Positions 37,442-48,627 of a DNA stretch of 64,000 nt are shown piece by piece. Below the pieces are notes generated by a model. The model was not told the origin of the DNA. It ran no database searches and was given only the letters and a program-made list of their open reading frames with translations. The position numbers were made by a program, and so were the translations under genes. Each line of letters opens with the position of its first letter. Within the stretch, counting starts at the first letter, position 1. The stretch is from an uncultured delta proteobacterium. Lineage in GTDB: Bacteria; Desulfobacterota; Syntrophia; Syntrophales; Smithellaceae. Where the stretch lies: assembly GCA_963710995.1 (NCBI GenBank), contig CAVQCU010000056.1, positions 432-64,431 on the forward strand. The letters run 5' to 3'.

Positions 37442-38805
37442 GAATCCTGATTGTTGATGATGAAGAAGTAGCCCTGAATTCGGTGAAGCGTCTGCTAAAA
37501 TGGCGGGGCATCAGGAGCGTGGATATCTGTAATAACGGCAGGGATGCCATTTCCAAAATTAAAGAAACGGATTTTGATATTGTGCTTCTTGATCTGCTTA
37601 TGCCGGAAGTCGATGGCTTGCAGGTTCTGGAATCCGCAAGACCTTACCGCCCTCATACCGAATTCATCATTCTTACGGCTATTGATGACATTCCCACCAC
37701 GGTTAAAGCGATTCGTCTGGGCGCTTATGATTATCTTGTCAAGCCGGTAGAGAACGATCTCCTTTTTCTAGCCATTAAAAGAGCCTATGAACACAGGGGT
37801 CTGCTCATCGGCTTATCGGCAACAGCAGGGGATAATAAAAAGAAAATTCCGAATGCCTTTTCTGAGATTATCACCCAATGTCCGCAGATGTGTTCCACTC
37901 TATCCTATGCCCAGGTTATGGCCGGAGGCGGTAATCCCATCATGATTACCGGAGAATCGGGAACCGGCAAGGAACTTGTAGCCAAAGGCATTCATCAGGC
38001 GGGACCAATGTCTCAGGGTCCATTCATCGCCGTTAATGTCAGCGCTATTCCGGCCACGATGTTTGAAAGCCAGTTTTTTGGTCACGCTAAAGGAGCGTTT
38101 ACCGGCGCGGAGACGCCTCATCGGGGCTATTTTGAACAGGCGGACGGCGGAACTCTTTTCCTTGACGAGATCGGGGAAATGCCGATCGGCCTGCAAACAA
38201 AACTGCTTCGTGTGCTGGAAGAAAAATCTTTCTATCCTCTCGGCGCGTCAAAACCAGTCTGGGTGGATGTAAGAGTTATATCAGCTTCCAACAGTAATAT
38301 TGAAAAGGCCTGTCAGGAGGGAAATTTCAGGCTGGATTTGTTCTACCGGCTGAAATCAGTCCATATCCACCTGCCTCCTTTGAGGGAAAGACTGGGAGAT
38401 ATTCCCTTACTCGCGTCCCATTTTCTGCGCAAGGCATGCAGTAATTATAATAAAGATGTTCTCGGTTTCAGCCCGGAAGCTATGGATTTATTAAACAGCA
38501 GAGTTTACCTCGGCAACATACGAGAATTGGCCCAAATTATTGAAAACGCCGTTCTAATAACCGACTCCAATCTTATTCTGCCTGGTCATCTGGGGATGAT
38601 GTCAACTGCCCCATCTCCTTTAGCGCGCCAATTATGCACATTGAAAGAAAACGATGAAGCGCATCTGGTCTATGTTTTGACCAATGCCAATGGCGATCGC
38701 GGCAAGGTCGCGCAAATTCTTGGAATAACCGTCAGACAGCTTCAGCGCAAAATTGCCGCCATGAAAATAAATCCCCAGTGGGAATCAAGTCTACGCGACA
38801 TTTAA
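37438..38805 (+). CDS. Sigma54-dependent response regulator (NtrC family: REC + AAA+ + Fis HTH)
   Basis: Receiver (ILIVDDEE..LLDLLMPEVDG), Walker A GESGTGKE, the sigma54-contact GAFTGA motif and a C-terminal HTH. The start overlaps the kinase stop codon by 4 nt. Confidence 0.9.
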   Translation: MRILIVDDEEVALNSVKRLLKWRGIRSVDICNNGRDAISKIKETDFDIVLLDLLMPEVDGLQVLESARPYRPHTEFIILTAIDDIPTTVKAIRLGAYDYLVKPVENDLLFLAIKRAYEHRGLLIGLSATAGDNKKKIPNAFSEIITQCPQMCSTLSYAQVMAGGGNPIMITGESGTGKELVAKGIHQAGPMSQGPFIAVNVSAIPATMFESQFFGHAKGAFTGAETPHRGYFEQADGGTLFLDEIGEMPIGLQTKLLRVLEEKSFYPLGASKPVWVDVRVISASNSNIEKACQEGNFRLDLFYRLKSVHIHLPPLRERLGDIPLLASHFLRKACSNYNKDVLGFSPEAMDLLNSRVYLGNIRELAQIIENAVLITDSNLILPGHLGMMSTAPSPLARQLCTLKENDEAHLVYVLTNANGDRGKVAQILGITVRQLQRKIAAMKINPQWESSLRDI

Positions 38806-39131
38806 GTCATTCGAGGTGACATAAAGGTCTGAATTGGTAAGTTCCTATATCTAAAAAGTATTGTTATTTTCAAATGTCCGCAATTTTCTCCAGGCGACTT
38901 TCCCAGTGACGTTTATTTCGTATTTCCTTTCTTGATAATTCATGAATATCCGGCAAAAGACTATAAATTTATTTTATTATCAATTGCGCTATTCCATATG
39001 AACGCGAATCCATAACTATTCAACAATACTGTATTACCCCGGCATGTCCAAGCATTCGCCGGGGTTCCCTGCCGGGCGTTGCTGCCCGCGCGGAGAAGAG
39101 AAGCGAAAACTAAAATGCAAAATTTTTTTTA

Positions 39132-39147
39132 TGGCATAGCCATTGCT
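39132..39147 (+). promoter_or_regulatory. Sigma54 (-24/-12) promoter
   Basis: TGGCAT-AGCCA-TTGCT matches TGGCAC-N5-TTGCW with correct GG/GC spacing, 31 nt upstream of the ATG at 39178. Confidence 0.7.
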
Positions 39148-39177
39148 CTTTCTGATTATTCAGAAGAAAGGGTTTCG

Positions 39178-39648
39178 ATGAAAGCTTTTACTACAAAACT
39201 TGTCGATTTGACTCAAAAAAACGCGGAAACAATTGCCAAACAATGGGCAAATGATGTGAAAACTAACGCAAAAACTTATACCTATCATGAGGCCTCTGAG
39301 GACAAAATTATTCTTCAAGCCAAAGATTTTTACAGTAACTTTCAAATGATGTTTTTTCATGAATCACCGTATGAACAGGCGGAAGAGATTTTCGAAAAGT
39401 ATGCGGAGGAAAGATACAGAGAGGGAATTCCCCTGCATGAAGCGTTGTATGCCCTGATTCTGATGAGAAGGCATATGTGGTTATACGCGGAATTTCAAGC
39501 CATGTTTAATGCAGAGGTAGAACACCGGCAAGCCATAGGAAGTCTCAGCCGGACAATTCTTATGTTCGACTACATTATTTATGTTGTTGCCAAAAAATTC
39601 TGGAAATTAATGAAACTGGAATTGTTGGCGATAAAAAATACGCAGTGA
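39178..39648 (+). CDS. Small helical sensor-like protein (tentatively RsbR-N/globin-like), paralogue 1
   Basis: Start chosen by alignment with the paralogues at 39717 and 50092 (..AKQWA.DV.....Y.....IPLHEALYALILMRRHMWLYAEFQ..). Confidence 0.55.
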   Translation: MKAFTTKLVDLTQKNAETIAKQWANDVKTNAKTYTYHEASEDKIILQAKDFYSNFQMMFFHESPYEQAEEIFEKYAEERYREGIPLHEALYALILMRRHMWLYAEFQAMFNAEVEHRQAIGSLSRTILMFDYIIYVVAKKFWKLMKLELLAIKNTQ

Positions 39649-39716
39649 GTGACGGGACGGATTCACTTAAGTGAGGTTTTTAATCATGGTAGCTCTATGG
39701 AAAAAGGGATGAAAGA

Positions 39717-40544
39717 ATGCCAGCTTATGCCGCAAAACTTATTGAACTTATAGAAAGCAAGGCTGAAGGTATTGCCAAACAATGGGCTGCAGATGTGATG
39801 AAGCATGACAGAACGCCCTCGTATCACTCTCTGCCGAAAGACATGGTGATTGAGCAGGGAATCGATTTTTACAAGCTTTTTCGTCGAATGTCTCTGGCTG
39901 AAAACTCCTATGAGGAGGCCAAAACTTTTTCCTGGAAGTACGCCGAGGATTTCTACAGGAAAAAGATACCCCTGCATGAGGCTATTTACGCGCTGATTTT
40001 AATGAGACGACATCTCTGGCTTTACGCGGAATTTCAGGGGACTTTCGTTACTGCTCTGGAAAAACAGCAGGCGGTGGAAAGTCTGAACCGAACAATTCTC
40101 CTGTTCGATTATGTATCCTACCAGGTCATAGAAAAATATCAGGAATTGATCATTGGTAGTGTGGAGAGAAGGCTTGGTGCTATTAAAACACTGATGATAA
40201 AGGGACAAATAGGTGGTAAAGGTAGCACCTATAAAGTCGGGTTGATGACGGTCTTCCTTCTTGTCGCCTGTATACTCACCTATCATTATCATGCAACCCT
40301 TAAAACAGAAGAGCTTTTCACTCATCTTTTCTATATCCCGGTCATTTTAGCCGCGATCTGGTGGGGTAAAAAAGGCATCTTTGCAGCCATTTTTCTTGGA
40401 GTTATGATTATAACCAGTCATGCACTTTTCTTGACGGGGATGCCCATCTTAGGCGATGTTGTCCGAGCGCTTATGTTTGTTGTAATTGGCTGTGTTGTAG
40501 GCTGGTTAATGGAAGGTATAAAAAAAGTGGAAGAACTGTATTAA
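39717..40544 (+). CDS. Paralogue 2 of the same domain, fused to a C-terminal ~4-TM membrane domain
   Basis: The first ~150 aa are collinear with 39178-39648. The C-terminus is hydrophobic (..LMTVFLLVACILTY..IPVILAAIWWG..). Confidence 0.55.
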   Translation: MPAYAAKLIELIESKAEGIAKQWAADVMKHDRTPSYHSLPKDMVIEQGIDFYKLFRRMSLAENSYEEAKTFSWKYAEDFYRKKIPLHEAIYALILMRRHLWLYAEFQGTFVTALEKQQAVESLNRTILLFDYVSYQVIEKYQELIIGSVERRLGAIKTLMIKGQIGGKGSTYKVGLMTVFLLVACILTYHYHATLKTEELFTHLFYIPVILAAIWWGKKGIFAAIFLGVMIITSHALFLTGMPILGDVVRALMFVVIGCVVGWLMEGIKKVEELY

Positions 40545-40568
40545 TATTTTACAGCATAAATTCGATAG

Positions 40569-42342
<1,774 letters not shown>

Positions 42343-42354
42343 GGAGTATAAAAC

Positions 42355-42708
42355 ATGGTTGAAATAAGACGAACGCCCAGTAAGCGCCGCCGGCAAATGG
42401 CGGATCATTTTACCGAACAGGTAGCCAGAAAAGAGGCACTGCGCCAGAGGGGGCTGCGTCATAAAGGTGAGACTGTCTGGTTCGGCCTGGGCATGATGGG
42501 TATTGTCGGATGGGCAGTGGCAATTCCAACGCTGGTATTTATTGCAATTGGTCTGTGGATTGACCGCGCCTGGCCTAGTCAGTATTCATGGGCATTGATG
42601 TTTTTAATTGTGGGTGTGCTTGTCGGTTGCCTGAATGCCGCCTACTGGGTGAGAAAAGTACGCAGTAAAATTATTGAGGAAGATGAAGATGATGAACAAA
42701 AGTCTTGA
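42355..42708 (+). CDS. atpQ: N-ATPase AtpQ (AtpI/AtpZ-like small membrane protein)
   Basis: 117 aa with two TM helices after a basic N-terminus. Third position in the operon. Confidence 0.7.
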   Translation: MVEIRRTPSKRRRQMADHFTEQVARKEALRQRGLRHKGETVWFGLGMMGIVGWAVAIPTLVFIAIGLWIDRAWPSQYSWALMFLIVGVLVGCLNAAYWVRKVRSKIIEEDEDDEQKS

Positions 42709-43003
42709 CACAACAATGTTACTTACCCTGATCGCGGCTTTTACCGCCGGTCTGGCCCTTGGAGCAGTTTATTTTACCGCGCTATTGCATACGTTGCAGC
42801 AGTTGCCGTCCGCGAAAAGTCCCGCGCGCCTGCTGCTCGGAAGTTTAATTTTACGGATGGCGGTAGTGATGGTGGGATTTTATTTGATTATGGACACTGG
42901 TCACTGGGAGCGTTTGGCCGCGGCCATGCTGGGATTTATTATTATAAGAAAGATTTTGACATATCGATTAGGGCCGCAAAACGCGGTGGAAACGGTTAAC
43001 TAA
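42692..43003 (+). CDS. atpR: N-ATPase AtpR membrane protein
   Basis: ~103 aa with three TM helices and conserved Arg residues (..PARLLLGSLILRM..). Fourth position in the operon. Confidence 0.7.
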   Translation: MNKSLDTTMLLTLIAAFTAGLALGAVYFTALLHTLQQLPSAKSPARLLLGSLILRMAVVMVGFYLIMDTGHWERLAAAMLGFIIIRKILTYRLGPQNAVETVN

Positions 43004-43046
43004 ATAACCTCGAGCGGATATAAAGTCTGCCGCATGGAGATTCAAT

Positions 43047-43773
43047 ATGGAAGTTGTATCTCTCAATCAGATCAGTCCGGACCAGGTCATCATCTGGAGT
43101 TGGGGTTTTATTACCCTCAATGTGACGATTCTTTATACATGGCTGGTGATGGCAATCCTGGTGGTCGGTTCCTGGCTGGTAACGCGCAATCTTTCCTCGG
43201 AGATGAACGTATCCCGTTGGCAGCATTTTCTGGAAGTTGTTATTTCCATCATCCGGGGTGAAATAAGGGAGATGACGAAAAGAGGTGCGGATAGCTATAT
43301 CCCTTTGATCGGGACGCTTTTTCTTTTCATTTGCGTCTCCAATGTTCTTGTGATTGTGCCCGGGATTCGTCGCTCCTACTTCCTCTATTACTACGACAGC
43401 GGCACTGGCCACCTGCGTTTTTATCGCCGTTCCCTTCTATGGCATATCACGCAACGGCGTTGGCCATTATCTCAAGGAATATTTTCAACCCACTTTCATC
43501 TTTTTCCCGTTCCATGTCATGGGGGAACTCTCCAGGACGCTTGCTCTGACAGTACGACTTTTCGGCAACATTATGAGTCATGAAAAGGTGATCGGGATTC
43601 TGCTGGCCGTTACGCCCCTGTTGTTCCCCGTCATTATGCAGATACTGGGGCTTTTGATAGGCGTGATTCAGGCCTATATTTTTGCTATTCTTTCCATGGT
43701 TTATATAGCTTCAGCGCTCAGCGCTGAGGATGATTATCCAAAAGAAGTAAAAGAAGAAGGCTTTCCAGCCTGA
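43047..43773 (+). pseudogene. atpB: N-ATPase a subunit, interrupted by a +1 frameshift (or a sequencing indel)
   Basis: The reading ..SNVLVIVPG switches frame within the CCCGGG run at 43359-43364 and continues FVAPTSSITTTAALA..RLFGNIMSHE (a-subunit Arg motif). 727 nt is 3n+1. Confidence 0.8.
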
Positions 43774-43799
43774 AAAATTTGACTAAAGGAGGAGTATTT

Positions 43800-44064
43800 A
43801 TGGACAGTGTAAGTTTGGTCGCGATGGCCTCTATTATCGGTGCGGGTTTGGCTATGGGTATAGGTTCAATTGGTACCTGGCTTGGGTATGGGACAGGCCA
43901 TTGCCCAGGCTCTGTCTGCCATTGCTCAGCAACCGGATGAAAGGAATTCTCTAACCCGAACATTATTTGTCGGATTGGCCATGATTGAATCCATTGCCAT
44001 TTATTGCTTTGTTATTTCGATGATTCTTGATATTTCGCCAATCCTTTCTGGGGTACGTTATTAA
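43800..44064 (+). pseudogene. atpE: N-ATPase c subunit, interrupted by a +1 frameshift (or a sequencing indel)
   Basis: MDSVSLVAMASIIGAGLAMGIGSIG, then a shift near 43875, then PGLGMGQAIAQALSAIAQQPD..AMIESIAIYCF. The Q..ES..Y Na+-ligand pattern is present. 265 nt is 3n+1. Confidence 0.8.
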
Positions 44065-44080
44065 GTGAGGGAGATAATCC

Positions 44081-44851
44081 ATGCATATCGACTGGTTTGT
44101 TTTGTTTTGCCAAATCTTTAATTTCCTGTTGCTCATGTACTTGCTGAAACGTTTTCTTTACGGGCGGATTATCAAGGCGATGGATGACAGGGAAGCAAAG
44201 ATTGCCGCGCGGTTTGCCGAAGCCGAGGAGTTGAAAGTCAAAGCCAACGAGGCCGCTGAGCTTTACGAAAAGCGCAATCAAATGCTCAGCGAAACCAAAG
44301 AGCAGATGCTCAACGAGGCGACGATGGCGGCTGACGCTAAGCGTAAGGAACTGATGGAGAAAGTCCGTGTAGAAGTCGATGCGGTCAAAACACGTTGGCA
44401 GGATATGCTGGTACGCGAAAAAGACGCCTTTTTCTATGATCTGCGCCAACGCGCGGCCCAGCAATTATACGCCACGGCGCGCAAGGCACTCAGAGATCTG
44501 GCGGATGCCGATCTGGAGGAGAGAATTGTCGATGAATTTCTCCGGCGCGTCCAGGCGCTCGATGAGGAAAAAAGCGTTCAGATGCGCAAAGCAATCAGCG
44601 GGGGTGGCAATCGGGTGACTATTCAGAGCGCTTTCGGTATTTCCACCCCGAGGCAGACGCAAATTGAGGAAGTCCTGAAAAAGCAGATCACCAATGGTTT
44701 TACGATCCGTTATCTGGAACAACCGGATATTGTGTCGGGCATTGAAATGCGGGTGAATGGGCATAAGATCGCTTGGAGTCTCAATGAGTATCTAGAGACG
44801 CTGGTGGAAAGTTTGACTGAGACGCTCCAGAAAGAGGCGCACGCGGCATGA
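44081..44851 (+). CDS. atpF: N-ATPase long b subunit (b/delta-like; no separate atpH)
   Basis: N-terminal TM helix, a long coiled-coil and a globular C-terminus. At 256 aa it is longer than a canonical b subunit. Confidence 0.8.
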   Translation: MHIDWFVLFCQIFNFLLLMYLLKRFLYGRIIKAMDDREAKIAARFAEAEELKVKANEAAELYEKRNQMLSETKEQMLNEATMAADAKRKELMEKVRVEVDAVKTRWQDMLVREKDAFFYDLRQRAAQQLYATARKALRDLADADLEERIVDEFLRRVQALDEEKSVQMRKAISGGGNRVTIQSAFGISTPRQTQIEEVLKKQITNGFTIRYLEQPDIVSGIEMRVNGHKIAWSLNEYLETLVESLTETLQKEAHAA

Positions 44852-44870
44852 TGATAATGACACTCGCTGA

Positions 44871-44985
44871 TAATGAGACCCAAGCTTCAGAAACAGAGTG
44901 CACTGAAGCTTGCTGGACGAATTATACCAGGCGCGTAGCGCCGTGGTAAAACGAATGGAATGAAGCGACGTGGGATAATAATATC
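44871..44985 (+). repeat. R2 hairpin repeat inserted in the atpF-atpA spacer
   Basis: Contains TAATGAGACCCAAGCTTCAG..CTGAAGCTTGCTGGACGAATTATACC..GCGACGTGGGATAAT. Confidence 0.65.
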
Positions 44986-44997
44986 AGGAGGCAAAGA

Positions 44998-46587
44998 ATG
45001 AATCAAGAATCCAGCCAACTGGAAAATAAGGAATTAAAGACTTTCCTGGACGATACGTTTGATACTATGGAAAAAGTTCTGGACGAGCAGAATCCTGAAC
45101 TGCGACAATACGAAATAGGTACGGTCAATTTTGTGGGAAGGGATATTGCCAGGGTCGGAGGCCTGCCGCATATCCGCGCGGAGGAGCTGGTTCGTTTTAC
45201 GGGAAACTATATGGGGCTGGTGTTTAATATTGATCCGACGGAAATCGGAGTGATTCTTCTGGACCCCAGTGAAAATCTGCAGGTGGGGTCAGAAGTGCAC
45301 CGCACTAAGCGCGTGCTGGATGTGCCGGTGGGGGATGGGCTTTTAGGACGGGTGGTCGATCCCCTCGGGCGTCCGCTGGACGGTTTGGGCGAAGTCAATA
45401 CTGTAATGCGCCTTCCGGTGGAAAGACCAGCGCCGGCGGTTATGGATCGCGCTCCGGTAGTAGTGCCCCTGCAGACCGGCATTAAGGTGATTGACGCACT
45501 CATTCCCGTAGGGCGCGGTCAGCGCGAACTCATTTTAGGCGACAGGATGACCGGTAAAACAGCCATTGCCGTTGATACAATCATCAATCAGAAAGAAACG
45601 GGGATTATCTCCATTTATTGCGCCGTCGGCAAGAAAAGCGCCGACGTGGCCAGGGTGATTGCCGAACTCCGGGATCATGGCGTTATGGGATCGTGTATTG
45701 TCGTCGTGGCCACGGGAGAAGACACGCCGGGCCTGCAGTTTATCGCGCCTTACGCTGCTACGAGCATGGGAGAATATTTTGTTGAGCAAGGACGTGATGT
45801 GCTGATTATCTATGATGATCTGACATCGCATGCCCGTGCTTACAGGGAAGTGTCGTTGCTTTTGCGGCGGCCACCGGGACGCGAAGCTTTCCCCGGCGAT
45901 ATATTTTATATTCACTCGCGTCTGTTGGAGCGTTCCACGCATATGCGGCCGGAATTGGGCGGCGGATCGTTGACGTCCCTGCCCATTACCGAAACGGAAG
46001 CGCAGGACATGTCGTCTTACATTCCGACCAATCTGATTTCCATAACAGACGGGCAGATTTATCTTTCGCCGGTTCTTTTCAGCAAAGGTATTCTGCCGGC
46101 GGTTGATGTTGGAAAATCAGTTTCCCGCGTTGGCGGCAAAACGCAATTGCCCGCTTATCGTTCCGTGGCAGGCGATCTGCGCTTGTCCTATTCGCAATTT
46201 GAAGAGCTGGAATCCTTCTCCCGTTTCGGCACGAGGCTTGATGAAAGCACGAAGCGGATATTGGAGAGAGGCTGGCGCGTGCGCGAAATTCTCAAACAGG
46301 GACAGTACAAGCCTTTGCGCGCCTCAGAGCAGATTGCCAGCCTGCTTTCCGTAACAGGCGGCGCTCTGGATAATGTTCCGATCGATAAGATACGCGAAGT
46401 GGAAGAGCACCTTCTGCAAACCGTCAACGAACAATTGCCGGAATTATGCGGGCGTATTGAAGAGGGCAAAAAACTGGAAATGTCGGATCGTGACAGCATT
46501 ATAAATAAAATCAAACCGGCCATTGCGCCGTTTGAAGAGGCTGAGGAAGCAAATGCAGACAACGGAGTCCCTGAAAAGAAGAATTAA
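44998..46587 (+). CDS. atpA: N-ATPase alpha subunit
   Basis: Walker A GDRMTGKT, ..IYDDLTSHA.., 529 aa. Confidence 0.95.
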   Translation: MNQESSQLENKELKTFLDDTFDTMEKVLDEQNPELRQYEIGTVNFVGRDIARVGGLPHIRAEELVRFTGNYMGLVFNIDPTEIGVILLDPSENLQVGSEVHRTKRVLDVPVGDGLLGRVVDPLGRPLDGLGEVNTVMRLPVERPAPAVMDRAPVVVPLQTGIKVIDALIPVGRGQRELILGDRMTGKTAIAVDTIINQKETGIISIYCAVGKKSADVARVIAELRDHGVMGSCIVVVATGEDTPGLQFIAPYAATSMGEYFVEQGRDVLIIYDDLTSHARAYREVSLLLRRPPGREAFPGDIFYIHSRLLERSTHMRPELGGGSLTSLPITETEAQDMSSYIPTNLISITDGQIYLSPVLFSKGILPAVDVGKSVSRVGGKTQLPAYRSVAGDLRLSYSQFEELESFSRFGTRLDESTKRILERGWRVREILKQGQYKPLRASEQIASLLSVTGGALDNVPIDKIREVEEHLLQTVNEQLPELCGRIEEGKKLEMSDRDSIINKIKPAIAPFEEAEEANADNGVPEKKN

Positions 46588-47431
46588 GAGCGCTGGCGAT
46601 TTGTTATCGGTGGTCAAAACGATGAAGGCCCTGGCCGCCGTGAGCATCCGTCAATATCAAAAGGCCGTGGAATCTCTCGAAGATTACAACCGGACTGTAG
46701 AGATGGGACTGCAAATTGTGCTTAAGGAACGCATGGGCGCGATGACGAGGAGTAAAAACATGGCCGTTAAGCGAATGGGAGCGATAATTTTCGGTTCCGA
46801 TCAGGGCCTATGCGGACAGCTCAATGAGCAGATTTCAGTTTATGCGCTGGATTATATCAAAGCAGCCGGCGTGAAAAAAGAAAACCGTAAGGTGCTTGCC
46901 GTTGGCGCGCGGGTAGCGGATTATGTGGAAGATGCAGGACAGCCTGTAGATGAATTAATGGCCACGCCCAGTTCTACAGCGGGTATAACGCCGCTGGTTC
47001 AAGAAATCATCATGGTTATTGAAGAGTGGCATTTCCGTCAAAATGTTGATCATTTTATGCTGTTCTATAACGATTATATTAGCGGCGCCAACTATCATCC
47101 TTACCATGTTCAACTTTTGCCTGTGAACCGTGATTGGCTTAAGGAAATCGCCCGAAAGAAATGGGATTCCAAGTCACTGCCCATTTACCGGATGGACGGC
47201 GACAAGATTTTTTCCTCGCTTATCAGGGAATATCTTTTCGTGTCGCTTTACCGCGCATTTGCCGAATCGCTGGCCAGTGAAAATGCCAGCCGTCTGGCCT
47301 CCATGCAGAACGCGGAAAAGAATATTGAAGAGCAAATGCAGGATTTGAACGTGCAGTTTCACCGCACACGTCAGATGACTATAACCGAAGAGCTGCTGGA
47401 TATTGTTGCCGGTTTTGAGGCATTAAGTTAA
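46553..47431 (+). CDS. atpG: N-ATPase gamma subunit
   Basis: [17 protein letters not shown].. N-terminus and ..[12 protein letters not shown]-terminus typical of gamma. The start overlaps the atpA 3' end. Confidence 0.85.
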   Translation: MQTTESLKRRIKSAGDLLSVVKTMKALAAVSIRQYQKAVESLEDYNRTVEMGLQIVLKERMGAMTRSKNMAVKRMGAIIFGSDQGLCGQLNEQISVYALDYIKAAGVKKENRKVLAVGARVADYVEDAGQPVDELMATPSSTAGITPLVQEIIMVIEEWHFRQNVDHFMLFYNDYISGANYHPYHVQLLPVNRDWLKEIARKKWDSKSLPIYRMDGDKIFSSLIREYLFVSLYRAFAESLASENASRLASMQNAEKNIEEQMQDLNVQFHRTRQMTITEELLDIVAGFEALS

Positions 47432-47473
47432 TAAAAGAACATCTATTGTCGACAAAAAAGGAAGGTGATAATT

Positions 47474-47782
47474 ATGGCAGTAGAAATGCACATTTGCGGT
47501 ATATGCGCCTGGCGCAGGGAATGTCAAAAAAAGTTTAAATTGTCAAAAGACTCCCCGATCGGAAGTCATTGTCCGGATTACACAAGGGATTTGTCCATCA
47601 AAACAAAAGTTGTTGATGACGAGACAGATGAAAAAGTAATAATGGACCGGATGGTCCAGCAGCAAATGGCTAAATGGCGTAAATTGCTGGATCAAGCTTT
47701 CACACAGGGACTCAAGATAGAAAATTTTCAAGGGAGGACCGATAATCACACTTTCGAGAGAACCTGGAGCCGGAGGAAGTGA
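47474..47782 (+). CDS. Small Cys-containing protein; possibly the N-terminal part of the decayed downstream gene
   Basis: CGICAW..C..HCPDY motif. The ORF runs into the out-of-frame P-loop region of the cytidylate-kinase-like gene. Confidence 0.35.
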   Translation: MAVEMHICGICAWRRECQKKFKLSKDSPIGSHCPDYTRDLSIKTKVVDDETDEKVIMDRMVQQQMAKWRKLLDQAFTQGLKIENFQGRTDNHTFERTWSRRK

Positions 47783-48346
47783 AATTGCAAGAAAGCTGTC
47801 TAAAGCGTTAGGTATGGATCTGATAGGCGGCCAGATTATTCAACACGTTGCCGACAGCGCCAAGATGAGCAGAAAAGTCATCGAATCTCTTGATGAAAAA
47901 GAAGTAAAGTTTCGGGACACCCTTCTTTTATCTATGTTTGGGGAAAATCGTCCATGGCCGGGAGAATTTTTGCAGCATCTTATCAAAGTGATAGGGTCTA
48001 TTGGAGTTTTTGGTAATGTAATTCTTGTGGGCAGGGGAGCAAATTTTCTTCTGCCGCAGAGAAAAGACATTCAAGGTCAGAATAATTGCTCCTATGGAAT
48101 TAAGAATTAAATATTTTATGGATGACAGAGATATACTAGAGCTGAAGCGGAACAATATGTGGTCAAAACAGAAAATAACCGCAAAGCATTCGTACGGAAA
48201 TATTATAATGCCGATATTGCTGATCCCAAATACTATGATATATAATAAACACGGAGAAAATATCAATGGCAGCAGCGATTGAGTCAATTATTTCGGCAGT
48301 TCACCCAAAGAAGGAATCGAAAGCGAAGCGAATCCTGATTTGTTGA
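47740..48346 (+). pseudogene. Cytidylate-kinase-like family protein, multiple frameshifts and no canonical start
   Basis: Homologous segments lie in three frames: IITLSREPGAGGSEIARKLSKALGMDLIGGQ..VILVGRGANFLLP / FKVRIIAPMELRIKY / NRKAFVRKYYNADIADPKYYD / IINTEKISMAAAIESI.. Confidence 0.7.
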
Positions 48347-48627
48347 GACCAAACTTTGAGAAATAAAGTGTGTAACCTGAATAACCTGAAGGTCACTGTA
48401 GGGTCATCTGCGACTGAAGTTTGCTGGTTGAATGCAGACAATGAAAATGTGTAGGCAGTATCATGACAGTATACAAAACTTAAAAAAGCCTGAACTGTTG
48501 GATATCTTACAAAACAAGGCGTCTGATAGACGTTCCACCATACGGGCGCTAGTCAGAATCTCAGAATATCCTGGTCGAAACCGGGGGTGCAAATGATCAA
48601 GCGGGCGTTTCATGAAAGGAGGGTTTT

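Noticed and set aside
39041-39055. GGCATGTCCAAGCAT as the sigma54 promoter of the sensor/atp region.
   Set aside because: The GG-to-GC spacing is one nt too short and the -12 region is poor. The site at 39132-39147 (TGGCAT-N5-TTGCT) fits the consensus and lies closer to the start codon.
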